Source: Schizochytrium sp. TIO01
Taxonomy: Eukaryota; Protista; Bigyra: Labyrinthulomycetes
Length of the DNA: 64,000 nucleotides
Reading direction: 5' to 3'
Assembly: GCA_004764695.1 (NCBI GenBank)
Contig: SMSO01000037.1
Span: 2,394,747-2,458,746 of the forward strand
Shown: positions 1-13,700 of the stretch, piece by piece
Layout: each line of letters begins with the position of its first letter
How positions within the stretch are numbered: the first letter of the stretch is position 1
Notes under the pieces: generated by a model
The model's input: the letters and a program-made list of their open reading frames with translations, nothing else
Databases searched by the model: none
What the model was told of the DNA's origin: nothing
Translations under genes and position numbers: made by a program

Positions 1-3000
1 CAAAGCATAAATAATGTTTACCTATTTTAAAGCTAAAATTTTTAATGCAGAAACAATTACAGTGTTTTCAATTTCCTCCTATCTGGCACACTTCTAATTT
101 CAATCCCCCCAAAAGGGAGATGATGATGAAGAAACGCAAACGAAGTAAAAGAACAACAGGACGAGACCTCTGTTTCGCTTTGTTATTTCAAGAAAACATT
201 AAATTCCTTAGGATCATAATATATTAAAATTTAAATAGAAAAAAGCGGAGAAGTTGAAAAGTAAAATAAAGTAGAGAAGGCTGCATGATTGCAAAAAGAA
301 CGCAAATTCGAGGTCAGCATGACAGGTGAGACTCTATCTTATTTTGCACAAGAAATCAAGGTTGTTAAATAATTACATTTCAGATTTTATGAAAACCACA
401 ACCCTCCGCGGAAAGTTCACAATCATGACTTATAAAATGAACCAAGGTGAAACGAAGTACTCCAACCTAAAGTCCATCTATCTGCGCACTCTCGCTCACT
501 GGTCAGAGGGTACTCAGTCAAACAACCCCTTTCTTAAACTTTTAAATTTTACAAATTCAAGTAGGTTGTATATGCTTTTCGCGAAAATGAATGCGTTATT
601 TGCACCCAATGGCGAGCTAATCTATGTGTGGTTCCTGTACTTCCTGAATATCTAGACCTAGTAATAGACGAACATCATGATCTATATTATTATTTCTTCT
701 CAAGAAAAGGGGATGTTAAACATGTGAAGGCTTACCCTTGGCTCCTATAGTAAGAAAGTAGCAGCTGAGTATCATGAATTTCACAATTGTGAAAAGAGAG
801 TGGCCCCACTGTCTTTATGATAAGCAGTATATACTCATCTCCGCAAGAATCTACTAAAGTAAGAAGAGAGCTTGAGCTTTGAACTTTCATCAATTAAACA
901 AACTTGAGCAGAAGCGAGCATTTAGGAAAAGAAGCAACGTATAGTTTTGAGCTAACCTAGTATTTTGTAAAACCTATCAGTCCATGACTTAAAGACAACC
1001 TGGCGAGAGCGAGGAGCTTTTGCTCTTCACGTTTTGCAAACGCAAAACTATACGCACGATGGAAGAGAATTAGCTAATGCCAAAAAACGAGGAGGCACAC
1101 ATTGCACGTTGGATGTTGCAATTGTAGCCAGCGGGAATGAGAATTTGATGCTTCTCCATTTTCAAAAAGCTGCAACTTCATAAGAGCTGTGGTAGCCACT
1201 TTTCAATTTCAGATTCATCATAAACCTGTAGTGACTACGATTTACTTGATGCTATAGTAGCTAATCGAAAGGTATAAAGGTTAAAATTGCGAGTTGAGCA
1301 TATGTTCACGGCAGACTCAATATTTGTGTGCTATAAATTGAAATCATCAGATTCATTACGTAATGCAGTCAGTTGCTATTTTCTTGTATCTTCCAAATGG
1401 TCGCGACTTTCTCCCTTTTCTTAGTTGATATGAATTATACTGTTTTCTGATGTCATCCACAGAACACGACCTTCCACTGGCGCGAAACGAATATGTATCG
1501 GAGAGCTTCATGCATTCACTTGCGGTGCACTAGCCTTGCCCCGGCCTACTATATACTCGCCCCAACGCAACGCGGATGCTTTTAGCTTCTGTCTAATTAT
1601 TTTAATCAAAAAGGAAAAAGAAATTCTAAAAGCGAAAAAAGAAAAACTCACGTCGAGCAACTTGGGCGCCTGACCGGAATTAAATTATCTCTCCTCTACA
1701 TCCAAACTGGTTGCTCCTCACTCCCCACTAATCCTAAATTTACATTCTTTCACATGGTGATCAACATTATGTACGTGTGAAAAGGGTAACCATTAATTTT
1801 CTTACGTTTATGCATAAAATAAACTTTATATTTGGAAAAACAAAAAGAAGAAAAGCTTGCCATGCAAATATAGTCAGTACCTTCTATAATTGATGGTAGG
1901 TAGCAGTTACAAATAGTAGCTCGTTCGACCGCCTTTTCTTGTGTTTTCTCGCCTCCTCACGGCACTCCGTAGTCCGGACGGCACTTTGGGTGCGTCAGTC
2001 AGCGAGATGTTGGCTTTGTGTTGAAGAGAAAACTCGATTGAAAGGAAAAGAGAAAATAAAAAGAAAAAAGATCAGAGCATCCCGTGATGTAGTGAAACAC
2101 TAGTACTTAGTAACGATTGGGGGCTCTTTGTCGCTTCGAGTGCGTCTGGGGTCGATATTTTACTTGCTGCAGCACGTCGCTTTCTCTAAAGTTGTTACGA
2201 CATGGGAGGGAGGACTACTAGTAACTATTAATAATGACACTACAATTATATATAATGTGGCAATTAAAGACAAGTCAAGGTCGCCTCGGTCCTTCAACTA
2301 CACATGTTCGCAACTCCTGTCTATTCTTTGATGACTTAGGGATAGAGAAATTGATGTTCATGCACCATGCAATTGAAGCTCTTAAAAAAGAAAACGAAGG
2401 TAACACTGCATTTGATAACAATTTTTATAAAATAAATTCAATCCCTGGTTCGATTTTTATTTCTTGAAAGTCTGTTTAGCAAAGAAAATGATGGCCGGTG
2501 GATATAACTGGCTTAGAATAGAGCAAATCATTATAAAGCGAGGCTGCACTGGTTTTTGTAAACCGCTGAGTTTTAAATATACAAGCAAGATGCAGTCTTT
2601 GTTTCTCCTAGTATGCCCCACCGATCACTCTCACAGATTTGGAGTGGTCCAATCCCAACAAGAGCTTGTTCATTTTTGTTGCTGTACTCGGTGGACTGGG
2701 ATAAGCAAATGAAAATAACTCCAATGGCAGTCTTTCTCCCAATCCATGCACAAATGCTAGCCATTTGGTGATGTAATAATTTGTTTACTACGAAGTGAAG
2801 CTACCCATCATGTTTGGCAATTAACTTGCAACTACGAATTAGAAATGCCTCCTTCTGTACCTTGTTGAGCTAAGGAGAGTATGTTGGTAGAAGAAATAAA
2901 CAAAAAATGAAACAAAATCTCCAGCTTCGTTTACACATCCTTCTAGCCATTCATCTGCATCGAGGTTAATATAAACTCCATTGGCTCTTAGGTACCTACA

Positions 3001-3833
3001 GTGACGATTCTTATGAATCGTCAACCATCAATGACATATTGATCATCTTGGGAATTAGATAACGAATCAGCTGACACAGAAGGTGGATGGGTGGACGATA
3101 CACAGGTCCCCCGAGTTAGTGAAGCCTGCTAACACTAATTCTAATACTCTGGCAAAACACAACCAACCCCACTACTCGTCATTACCCAAGTTCTACCGAG
3201 GTCGTAGACAGGCAAACAATCCATCCTTCTACCCAGATGGGGTTTCTCCTTCTTGGAAGCCAGGTACCAACTACCTCTGTCCTCACTGGTCTAGCTTCCA
3301 TTCTCTCCGTCCCGCATAACCCCGCCTTTGTGCTGGACTGGCCAAAAAAGACAACTTCACGGGTACAGCTCCCTGGACCTCTGAGGAGACTCTCTTTCTT
3401 GGTCCCTATCCGCGTCTAAGTGCGCCTACGTGAGGCCGAGACAACGACGACTCTGGGCGGCGATAGCAGAATGGTCTCTAGAGGCGCACTGAGCTGTCAG
3501 TTGAGTTCTTTAGTATCTCCATCACCGCCACCCACTCAGGTAGCTGCTACCTATGCCTAGCGAGCGGCCTAGTAGCCCAGTAGCAGGGCAGACGAAAGAG
3601 AAAGTACGTACGTACAGGGCTGATCAACGAATGATCAGGGCAGAATCCGCCTCGATTCTTCTCAAGGACGAGGACCTCAGCAAAGCCGAAGTAAGTTCGC
3701 TCGGCGCCGAGAAGAGGAGCCCACTCGCTCGCTCTGCCTCCAAGGCTGGTGGTCCGCGCCGATGAGATAGACCGATGGCTGAGAGCACCTCCAGAAAGAG
3801 CAGAGAAAGCGAGATATACTGTTGTGGCTGTGG

Positions 3834-3906
3834 CTGAGACTGAGACTGAGACTGAGACTGAGACGAGTGAGACTGAGAGTGGGAGTGGGAGTGGGAGTGG
3901 GAGTGG
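3834..3906 (+). repeat. Compound hexanucleotide repeat (CTGAGA)n then (GAGTGG)n, including a canonical G-quadruplex motif at 3881-3901
   Basis: Read directly: ctgagactgagactgagactgagactgagac...gggagtgggagtgggagtggg, four GGG tracts with 3-nt loops. Confidence 0.85.
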
Positions 3907-5266
3907 TGTGAGTGGGTCTGTGTGGCTCATCCTGAGTCATGCATGATTCATGAGGCGCTGCTTCGGCTGTCTGTCTTCACGTCCGACCCACTGCAGTCCC
4001 TCGCTCTCTCTTTGTCTCCGCGCTTTCGATTCGTTTCATGCTCTGGTACACAACAAAAGGAAAGAAGAAAAACTAGTTGGGCAGAGCTAGTGAGGGCAGA
4101 GAACTTATGGAACAGGGTTGTTTGCGATTGCTAGCTAGCTAGTCATGAGTGCTTCCCAAAGCAGTTAGTTGGTGGCGAACGAGTTCCAAGACGGAAACGA
4201 AGTCGAACTTCAATTGGAAACACGCACGCGCGAAGTAGTAAGTAAGAGCCTAAGCAAGTAGGCATAGCTAGGCATAAAGCGACTCGTGATGAGTGTTTGG
4301 GGCTTGAATTGAATTGAATTGAATTGGATTGAATTGGCTTCGAATCGAAACAGCGGCTTTCGTGTCCGCCGTAAACCCGCCATTCTGGTGTGCATGGGGA
4401 GGACGGATGGCTTAGATGCACTAGCTATAACGAGTGAATCATGGTGTTCATTCGCTTCTCCGGTTCTTCTTGAGCATGTATGGTTGAAACAACCGATGCT
4501 GTCTCATCATCTTTGATCTTGAAGCTGGACCACTGTCGTTGTGCAGAAGAGCTCTGCTGCTGTTGCACGGTGGCGTGTTTATCTTTGATTGAAACCACGT
4601 CTCGAGGGACCCGAGCTTTCCCTCGCTACGTGATTGATGATTGACTACCTGGGTGTCTTCTTCTTCTTCTTCTTCTTCTCTTCGGAGAGCAAGTACGTTT
4701 CGAGCTCTTCTTTTCTTGGCAATCAATGCTGCCACCATCGTGATTCCCATGCATGTCCTATGGCGAGAGGGGGATCCTCGTCACTTGCTTTCTTATATAT
4801 ATATATAATCAAAATGTTTTTCATTATTAAAAAAAAAAAATAAATAAATAAAATTGATTAAAGAAGAAAGGCTAATTCATACACCATGCACAGTGAGTGA
4901 ATGGGTCCACAGAGGAGGCGCCCGGCTCGTTTGATGGCGGCGCGTATTTAGCCAGCGAGTTCTGCTTCGTTAGCTTCCCAATCAATCTTGCTCGAGTCTC
5001 CTCAAGGTGTAGTCCTTGAGCGGTCATTTCCCGAACGAGCAGCAGCCCTGGGAAGAGTGCGTGATCGATTCGTAGAGCTTGAACCTCCCTCTCGTAGTTA
5101 TGCTAGATCCATGGACTCCCTCTCTCGCTCCTAAAACATGGCGGCTCGCATCATCATCGTCCTATCGTCAAGCAGGGTCAATTCCAAACTATTCTAACTA
5201 ACTATTGATTCTCATAATTTCCTGCTACGAGCCCTACTACTATGGGTGCTAGTGCTGCGACTCCAG

Positions 5267-5301
5267 GTACTACGAGTACTACGAGTACTACGAGTACTAC
5301 G
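5267..5301 (+). repeat. 9-bp tandem repeat (GTACTACGA), about 4 copies
   Basis: gtactacga gtactacga gtactacga gtactacg. Confidence 0.9.
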
Positions 5302-5460
5302 CAAACTGTTGAGGACTCTCTCTTACTCTCTCTGTCTCTGCGTATCTTACTGAGGGGGAGGAGACGAGTGTGAGTAATGAATGAGTAATGCCTCTGCTTT
5401 GCATGCCTGCATAAAGAGAGGGAGGGAGGGGGTCACCCGTTTCTTTCCTTCAACTCACTC

Positions 5461-5506
5461 TCTCTTTTTCTCTCTCTGTTTGATCTCTTTTTCTCTCTCT
5501 GTTTGA
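5461..5506 (+). repeat. Perfect 23-bp tandem duplication
   Basis: tctctttttctctctctgtttga occurs twice in tandem. Confidence 0.9.
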
Positions 5507-8422
5507 TTGTTCGGCCATAGACAGGCGAACAAGTACATCCTAACCCCTTCGTCTTTTTTATTTTTTTTTATTTTTTTTTATTTTTTTTAAATATAATATT
5601 GTTTTCACTTCCTTTTCAAATTCAAATTTCCATTTAAATTAAAATCAATTAATTTAAAAGTTATTGAAAAAGAACCGAAGTGCCGCTACAGCGGATGAGA
5701 GTAAAAAAAACATAAGCTAAAGAAAAAGAGAAAAAGGAAGAAACGATAATTATTTTTATTGAGATTATTTTAAGCATTAAAAAATAAATATTTAAAATGT
5801 GTTTAAAGATAAACATAAATTTTAAAAAGCGATATACCAGGCAAGTAATTAATTCAAAAAGTTATTGTTTTCTAAATGAAAAGAGAGAAGAGAAACGAGA
5901 CTTTGAAAGACTCGGCAGGTGACATAGTTTCCATTTGCACTTTCCCCCTTCACCATAAGATTACATAAAAGGAAAAAGCTTAGAGATATTTTTCAAACAG
6001 ACAAACAGATGAAGAAGACGACCCAGGTTACTCTGTTGCAAACGGTTCAACGCCTTCCTCTCCCAGAGCTCGTGGCGATCATGATCCAAAGTGAGCTTCG
6101 CGCCGACTTGGTGGGGTCTTCGCGATCTGCTGTGCATTTTCGTGGCCAGGGTGTTTGCGATAACCGCCGCTTTTCCCCGCCGGACAGATTGCAGCTTACT
6201 TCTATGGTCCACGCACGAGTTGAGTTGTTCTATGAAGAATCTAACAATCTGGCATCGCACCATCCAACTTTCTACGCATTCCACCTAAGTGCCACTAGCC
6301 AACCTCCTCTCGAGCAAACTTGATCAGTGTGTACCATGCACTAACTAGGTACCTACGATGCTGGTCTCCAATACATCGAGATATGCACCGTGACTTGCTT
6401 GGGAAGGCTTTCTTCCCGCCAACGCCCTGCTTGCTGGCCTTTCCGCGCATGCATCGCCGTTTCCAGACAAGCAAGCAAGCAAGCAAGCAAGCAGGCAGGC
6501 AGGCAGGGAAGCAGGCAGCTAGCTAGCCAGCTGACCACGCAAGCAAGCGGCCTCTGCGTCGGGCCCTCCAGCAAGCAAGCAATCCGCCTGTTGCACCGTG
6601 GCAGAGGGAGGACCTGGGAACGGAGGAGGGTCATTCATTCCCTCTGCCTGCCGTCGCTGGCGGGCGGCCCTACCGGTATCGCTAGGGTTCGCCTAGTCCC
6701 GGGAGTGTGTGGATGTGTATGTGTGTGTATGTATGTATGTATGTATGTGTGGTCTCGAGCTTTGCGAATTCAAACATTCCTCTGCTTCTGGCGGCCTGGC
6801 TGCCTGGCTGCCTGCTGCACACACATGCCTTCGGGAGCACGCACATGAGTAGGCCCCGCCTTGCGGCCAGCGTCGAGCCCTCTGGCCAGTTCGCCGCTTG
6901 AAGAATTATAATAAATAGTAATGACCACAACAATAGCAGTAGCAATAAGAATAAGAATGTAGCTCCACGATCGTGCACGTTCCTTCTTCGTTCTTCCTGG
7001 AGCCGCTGCGGCCCCGCTACCGTTTCCGCTATTGGGCGCTATGGGCCCTAGTAGTTGCGAAAGACCAGCAGCGCAGAGGTGGGTTAAGGAGAGCAGCTCG
7101 AATCACTTAGCTGAGAGGAGAAGGCCGCAGTGAGAAGGAGAGGAAAAGGAGAGACGAGGCGAGAGCCAGGCGCGGAAAGCAGTCTCGGAAAGGACAGCGC
7201 TTGGTGACTGCCAGGCAGGCAGAGAGGCAAAGAGGCAAAGAGGCAAAAGAGTAGTTACTTAAAAACAGGCACAAAGTAGAGGCACAGAGTGAGGAGCATG
7301 AAGTAGAGACGACAGTTAAGTGCGCGCTCGTCGCGTTTTTCGGGTCTCTCTGACTCTTGGAGTGGGTGGACGCTCGATTATTTGCTGATGTGGCGATGGT
7401 TCCCCTGGACACGCGGAATGTGCAGTGAAAAAGACGTTAGAAAGCAAGCAAGCAAGCAAGCAAGCAAGCATGCGAGCGAGGAGAGGTGAGAGGGTTTGAA
7501 GTCGCTTCGTTAATTTTAATCTTTGGCGGTGCTCCGCAGTCGTAAATAGACAGAGAGGATGGAGAAAAGGTAATTTTGATCTTCTGAGCGCACAGAACGA
7601 CGAGGCCAAAGAAAGAAGCAAAGAGACAAAGAAACAAAGCAACAAACTCGGTCGGAAGACAGACAGACAGACAGACAAGGAAACATTGACACAAAGAAAC
7701 AACGAAACCTCCGCCAGCCGCGCGTCTTTCCCCTTCCAATGCGATGTGCCTGCGGTACCCGTCTGCTTTCTTCTTTTTCCCAAGGCGCTCCAGGTAGTGG
7801 GCGCGGATTTCCGAGTGAGTCTGTGAGAATCGATCGCACTGCACTACTACTGATAAGCGCGTGTTCAAGTTGAGTGATGTCCCTTGTTGACCGTCGATCG
7901 AATAGACGTTACGTTTCTTTACGTACATATATATATATATGGTGATCTCACTCATCGCTCGCCAGTAGTAAGAGGTACAGAGTTAGCGAGTTCCTGTCCG
8001 TCGTGTCAGTGGTGCTCAGTTCGTGAGAGGCTTGGAGATCCTCGATCTTGGCTGGCTAGAAAATCCACTTCTTCTTCTTCTTCTTCTTCGTCCAACGATC
8101 GATCGATGGCTCCGTCCGAGGAGTAGTCCACCAGTGCCACGTAAGTTTGTTTCGCGCGGCTTGCACACAAAGACAAGCAATCGCCTAAATCGTCCCGAGG
8201 ACCTTTTCTCCAGCGTGCGGGAAGGAGGCTCAAGACGAAGTTACGTCTCGCTCAAAACATACCATGAATGAAAAACCCACGCAGAAGCAACGCTCCTTTG
8301 AGCCCCGTGATTCGCCGCCAGCAACGAAGAAGAGGAGAAGAACCGCTACACATGCACCCATCCATACACTCTCTGCAAACTCCTGTTGGGCCTGCTTCTT
8401 CAATCTTCAAATCCTCGCCCAT

Positions 8423-8550
8423 TGAATGAATAAATGAATGAATAAATGAATGAATAAATGAATGAATAAATGGATGAATAAATGAATGAATAAATGAATG
8501 AATGAATGAATAAATGAATGAATGAATGAATGAATAAATGAATGAATGAA
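8423..8550 (+). repeat. (TGAA)n microsatellite with a 12-bp higher-order unit AATAAATGAATG
   Basis: AATAAA starts at 8429, 8441, 8453, 8465, 8477, 8489, 8509 and 8533. Confidence 0.9.
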
Positions 8551-10712
8551 GGAGGTGTCTGGATCATTCAGCTAGAGCCTTCCATGCACCCATGCGTGAA
8601 TAAACAAACCTCCTTCGTAGTGCTCTACTTTGATAATCTCCTTTTAAAAAGATGCACTGTTCTTGACCGCCTCAGCCGTCGATCATCTGACCGCTCTCTC
8701 TCTCTCTCGCTGTCTGTCTGTCTTTGATCCTCCTTGCCTTCCGCACTGCCGTAGTTTTGCGCCCCTCATGCTCGATCAACTGTAGTCGAAACCAACAACG
8801 GAAGCGCCAGAGGACAGTGGGAGGCCAGAGGACAGCTGCTTCGGTTTTCTGTCTATCCTCCTGAGACGAGACGAAACGAGACTCTGCGGCTGGCGGCCAA
8901 CAAGTCAGCGAGGGCGCGACTTCGCGAACCCGGAAGGCGCTCGCTGCTGCTACTGCTGTGCTAGACTGTTATTGACTGCACGCACTCACTTGCCCCACGA
9001 GGAGCACGGGAACCCGCATCTGAGGAGGACTCCGCAGCGATCTGACCCCCTTTGAAGGGGCTTCTTTCCCTCTTTGGGTGTACGTACGTAGAGCTAGATA
9101 GATAGATAGATACTTAATGCGCTGGATAGGGAAAAGGAGACTCCTCCGAACGGAGAGAGGAAACTCAATTTTGGAAAGGCCAAGTCTCAGAAAGGAGACT
9201 GTTATGTTTGGGTGGATACACAGGGGGAGACAGCTAACTCTCCGAAGCCGAGACGCAGAAGATCTATCTCGAAATATCGGTTCTCTCTCTGTCTCCCTCT
9301 TCAAAACAAACAAGCAAACAAATTCAAACAAAGAAAAAACCATTTTAGACTATGTTTCATGATAAGTAAAACAATACCATAGTATTATCTTGATTTAGAA
9401 AAAAAAAAAAACACAATCTTAATTTTGATTTTTTAATTAAAAAAGGGGTGAAATGGAAAATAGAAATAGAATTACAAAGAGAGCTACGGATGTATATTAT
9501 GAACCAGTCCTAATGGTACTACTACCTTTTCCACCAGAGAAAGAGAAAACTATTGAACTGTAAACAAATCTTGTATCGATTTCAAGTAGGCATCTTTGAT
9601 TAAAAACAGAAATGCATAGTAGGCCTATCAACTTTATAAGACGGAATGTAGGAGCACCCAGAGAAAGGCAAAATGGTCATGCAAAAGGCTTTTTCTCCAT
9701 TTTTAAAACATAAAAAATAAAAAACTATGGAAAATTAAACATTAAGAATAAAAACGAGGAGTCTTGGAGGGGGCAGAATTGAGACATGAACATCGCGCAG
9801 TATCTGTGGCCTCTTACCTTCTTCGTGAAGATCGATCCTGCGAGCAAGTAGGTACCTAGCAATATATGATAGTCTTTCAGGCAGGCAGAGTCCTCAGAGC
9901 GCCAAGTTTATCAGAGACGGAAGCTTTGTGCAATCCATCCAAAGGTTCCAGTAGAGGTCAAGTCTGACTACATATGATACCATGATATTCGCGATAAGAC
10001 TACTACGTAAAGAGAAATAATTTCTCCAACAACTTGAGTGCTCAAAACGCCCAAACGTAAAGAGAGGAGGTCAAGCGAAGAGACAGACCAACTTAAAAAA
10101 ACCATACATCACACGAAGTAAATCAGCGAACTGATAAACCAGAGCCCTTTAGTACCGTTGAACTCACTCGTTGAACGCGTTGCGCTCACGCGTTGAACCC
10201 GTTGAACGCAGGCGCGAGTGAGCTGCCCCCAAAGCCCACGTGCCGCGTGATAGAGCGCAGTACCTTTTGCTCAGGCCAGCAAACAAACACGAGCAGCGAG
10301 AGCGCTGCGTCAAGCTCGCAAGGGAAGCGTCCAGGAAGCCTCTTGAAAAGCTAGTTTGTGCCCCCACCAAAGATCCCGTATCCGGCACCATCCACCCATC
10401 CATCCACCCATCCATCCGTCGCCTTCGCCACATCATCTAATGCCCAGGTAGGAGTGCCAATGGGCCCGCCTCAAGCCAGCCAGTCTCTCTGCTGGTTCTG
10501 GCTCCATACCTCAGCTCACGATCCTGATCCTGCTTTGCGCTGCGCCACCTTTCATCATCCATCAGCGGTTGCTGCGGATGGGAACCTCTCATGCGTAGAG
10601 TCTCCTTAGCCATTGGCGTGCAGAAGGTTTTAAAAGGCCTTTCAGGGGGCCAAAGGCGTCGCTGAGGCTCGCTCGAGAAGAGGCGTCTGTGTATCTGTAA
10701 CCTGTCTGCCTA

Positions 10713-10747
<35 letters not shown>

Positions 10748-13700
10748 TGAAAGCGATGGACAGACAGACAGTGAGTGAGAGCGACAGCGAGTCAGTCAAA
10801 GAGTCCCTCGTTCCATGGAGGCTGCAAAGGATGGCAGGCCTCAAGAGAGCGAGCGGCACGCGCGTGCGAAGAAGAAGCTAAGTATCGGCAGGTTGTAGCT
10901 AGCTAGGCAGGTAGGTAGCTAGCTAGATGGGTAGGCAGGCGTGGCAAGAATGCAGGCGCAGGCAAGTCTGATTGGTATCAGTTAAGATATGATACACGGA
11001 TGGATGAGAGTGCGTGCCAGTTTGTTTGCTGGTGCCACAGTGGTTATAGACATGTTCCTGTTCCTCGTTCTCCTAGTTAAGAATTTAAATGTTTGAATGA
11101 ATGAAGGAAGTACTTAATTAATTATAAATATAAAAAACGGGGCATTCGATCGATCTGGTTATAAAATAAAAGAGAAGAGGGACGATCGGTGCCGAGCTGC
11201 GGTTTGGGGGCTTTAGAGTGCATCCATCGCATCTCGATGGTTGACTGTTTGACCCAAGTGGCGAAAACGCGGCAAAGGCATTTAATCGCAAGTCGCCTCC
11301 GGAGACCTCTTCTTCGCTTGTGGCTCCACCACGGCCGCGCAAATTTCATTCTCAGAGACCCGGCGGATCTGTACGTAGAAAGGACAGACGGAGCTGGTGC
11401 AGAGGCTTTTGCTAGCGAGCTAGCTGGCTGGCTAGCTATAGCTTGCGAACGGCCAAAGAGGGACTCGAAATCGCAGACCTGGAGACTCCGGAGGGTAGCA
11501 GATAAGCACGCTCGTCCTCCGTCAAGGCGGGATTCAAGTACAGGGCATTGCGAGGTAGGTAGGTGATAATAATCGCTACCGACCTGCTATCCACGTTGAT
11601 TAAGTAACCGGGTTGAAGTTCTAAGGCCAAGCCGTCACAGGGCGAAACGCGGTGAGTGATCTCAAAGCTGTTGCGAATGAGCGAATTGACAAACAAACAA
11701 ACCCAAAGGATGACCTGTTTTTGGGCGGGGGGTAGAGGTGGTGTGAGGTGCAGAAGGGGTGCAGACCAGCAAGTGGGCGTGCGAAGATGAGGTTATTGTG
11801 AAGAAGCGTTCTCTCTGTCGATTTGGGCGAATTTGCTCTGTATGAGTACAGGCCTGGCTTGGCCTGGGGTATCATCGAGCTCGAATGACGATTTTATTCT
11901 TTAGAAATGCACAAATAAAAAAAAAAAGTACAGATGGCTTGGAGACTCGGAGAACAAGAAACGTGCTGGTCAAAACTCCGTTATAACATGTGAGAGATTT
12001 GACAACAAGGAAGTTGGGTGACACTTGTTATAAGAAACATAGCTCTCCCAAGTCACCTGAATTGTGAAAAAGAATAAGAAACAATGCAAAGCTTGGGAAC
12101 ATGCACTGAGGTATGGCACGTAAAGGGGCATTAAATTAAATGACCAAGATCTGTTATACACCCCCCCAAATCTATGATGTTGCTATACATCAAAAGCCAA
12201 ATGCGAAATCAAAAAATGTGTTCAAAGAAATGAGGAGAACAGGCTGCATGCACCCACGAGACTGAGAATAATAGAGGACATTTGGCAACATGTAAAGTTA
12301 TCTTGAAGCAGAAGCTCCTGCATAAGCGACATTTTGAATGGCGGGGAATGAAATCAAAGCCTTTTTGTTTTCTTAAATTTCATTTGAAAATATACAGAGA
12401 AACAGCCTAAAGCCTTTATTAACTTCATTGCGTATAGTCTTGTGTCAGTATTGTTGGATTGCCAAATGCTCACATATAAAATAAAACAAAGCCCCAGACT
12501 ATATTCACCATTGAACTAAGTTTCTTTCATTTTCCAAATGAAAAGAATTGACAACGTGCAGATTAAAAAAATAACATTCTATACATTCAAAAAGGTATAT
12601 GCAAGACCACCCTAAAAGGATGACTCCTGCATTTGAGAATGCCCCTAAGGTCTTTCCCCATTCGTTGTTGGATCATATCTGTGGCTTGTTTTTTAAAAAG
12701 TTAGAAACTAACGTTTTCAAATTCTGTTTAACATCATAAATGAAAAAATAAAATAAAAACTATTCTGCATTTTTGTTAAAACATTCGAAAAGGAATTAAA
12801 TGAAAAAGTGTCAATTGGGAGTATTTTCTCAGCCATGTTGTCAATTTCCTTACTCGGAAGACACACCATTAAAAAAAAGAAAAAAAAACCTACCGGTAAA
12901 GAGGAAATAGAAGAGGAAATAGAATGGTTACGCTGCCACGCGAAATTGGTACGAAGACGACTACAGTAGTCTCAAACAAAGGAGAGAATGACAAATTGAT
13001 TCTTCCTGGAACGCAGAGTAAGAGCGAATACACCTGTTCTTCATGTGCAAGGGAGAAGCAAAAGGTGTAGATATAAATATAATCAATAGTATCGCGAGGT
13101 TGAAGTTTAATTTCATCTGTTTCTCTTCAATGGACTGACAATTTTGTTTCGCCGTACCCAGGCATTAGTTAGATAACAGCAAAACATGAATTCTCTCATT
13201 TTCATGGTGGCCAAAAAGGTGTCTTGGGGGGTAGAGCTAGAGCTATAATAGTACCAAAAGGGAGAAAAGCTGCAACAAGTTTGACCCAATTGGAAACAAT
13301 CAGAAAAGGCTGGATATTGGAAATAAGGTATCATTCCCGTCACACAGAGAGAGAAAATGATTTGCTGCTGTTATTCTCTTTCTGTGTCTAATAACCAGAA
13401 ATCAAGAACTTAAGGTAAAATCTATTGAGATGCTAAAATCAATTGAGCTTAAGGTAAAATCAATTGAAATCTAACTCAAAGTTCGATGCCGCTTTCGTCT
13501 CTCTGGAGGCTGCGATGGTGCAATGAAATCTCACGCACGTCAGTCTCGGAGGGGAGAGAAACTTACGAGAGTACACGCGCAGCAGAACACCCACAGAGAT
13601 TCATTCTACTTGCGAATCGCAGGTTGTGAATGAGAGTTAGAAAGCTTTTGATGTCCAAGTTGTTGGTGGATCATCAGTTTTGAAATAAAGTATAAATCTG

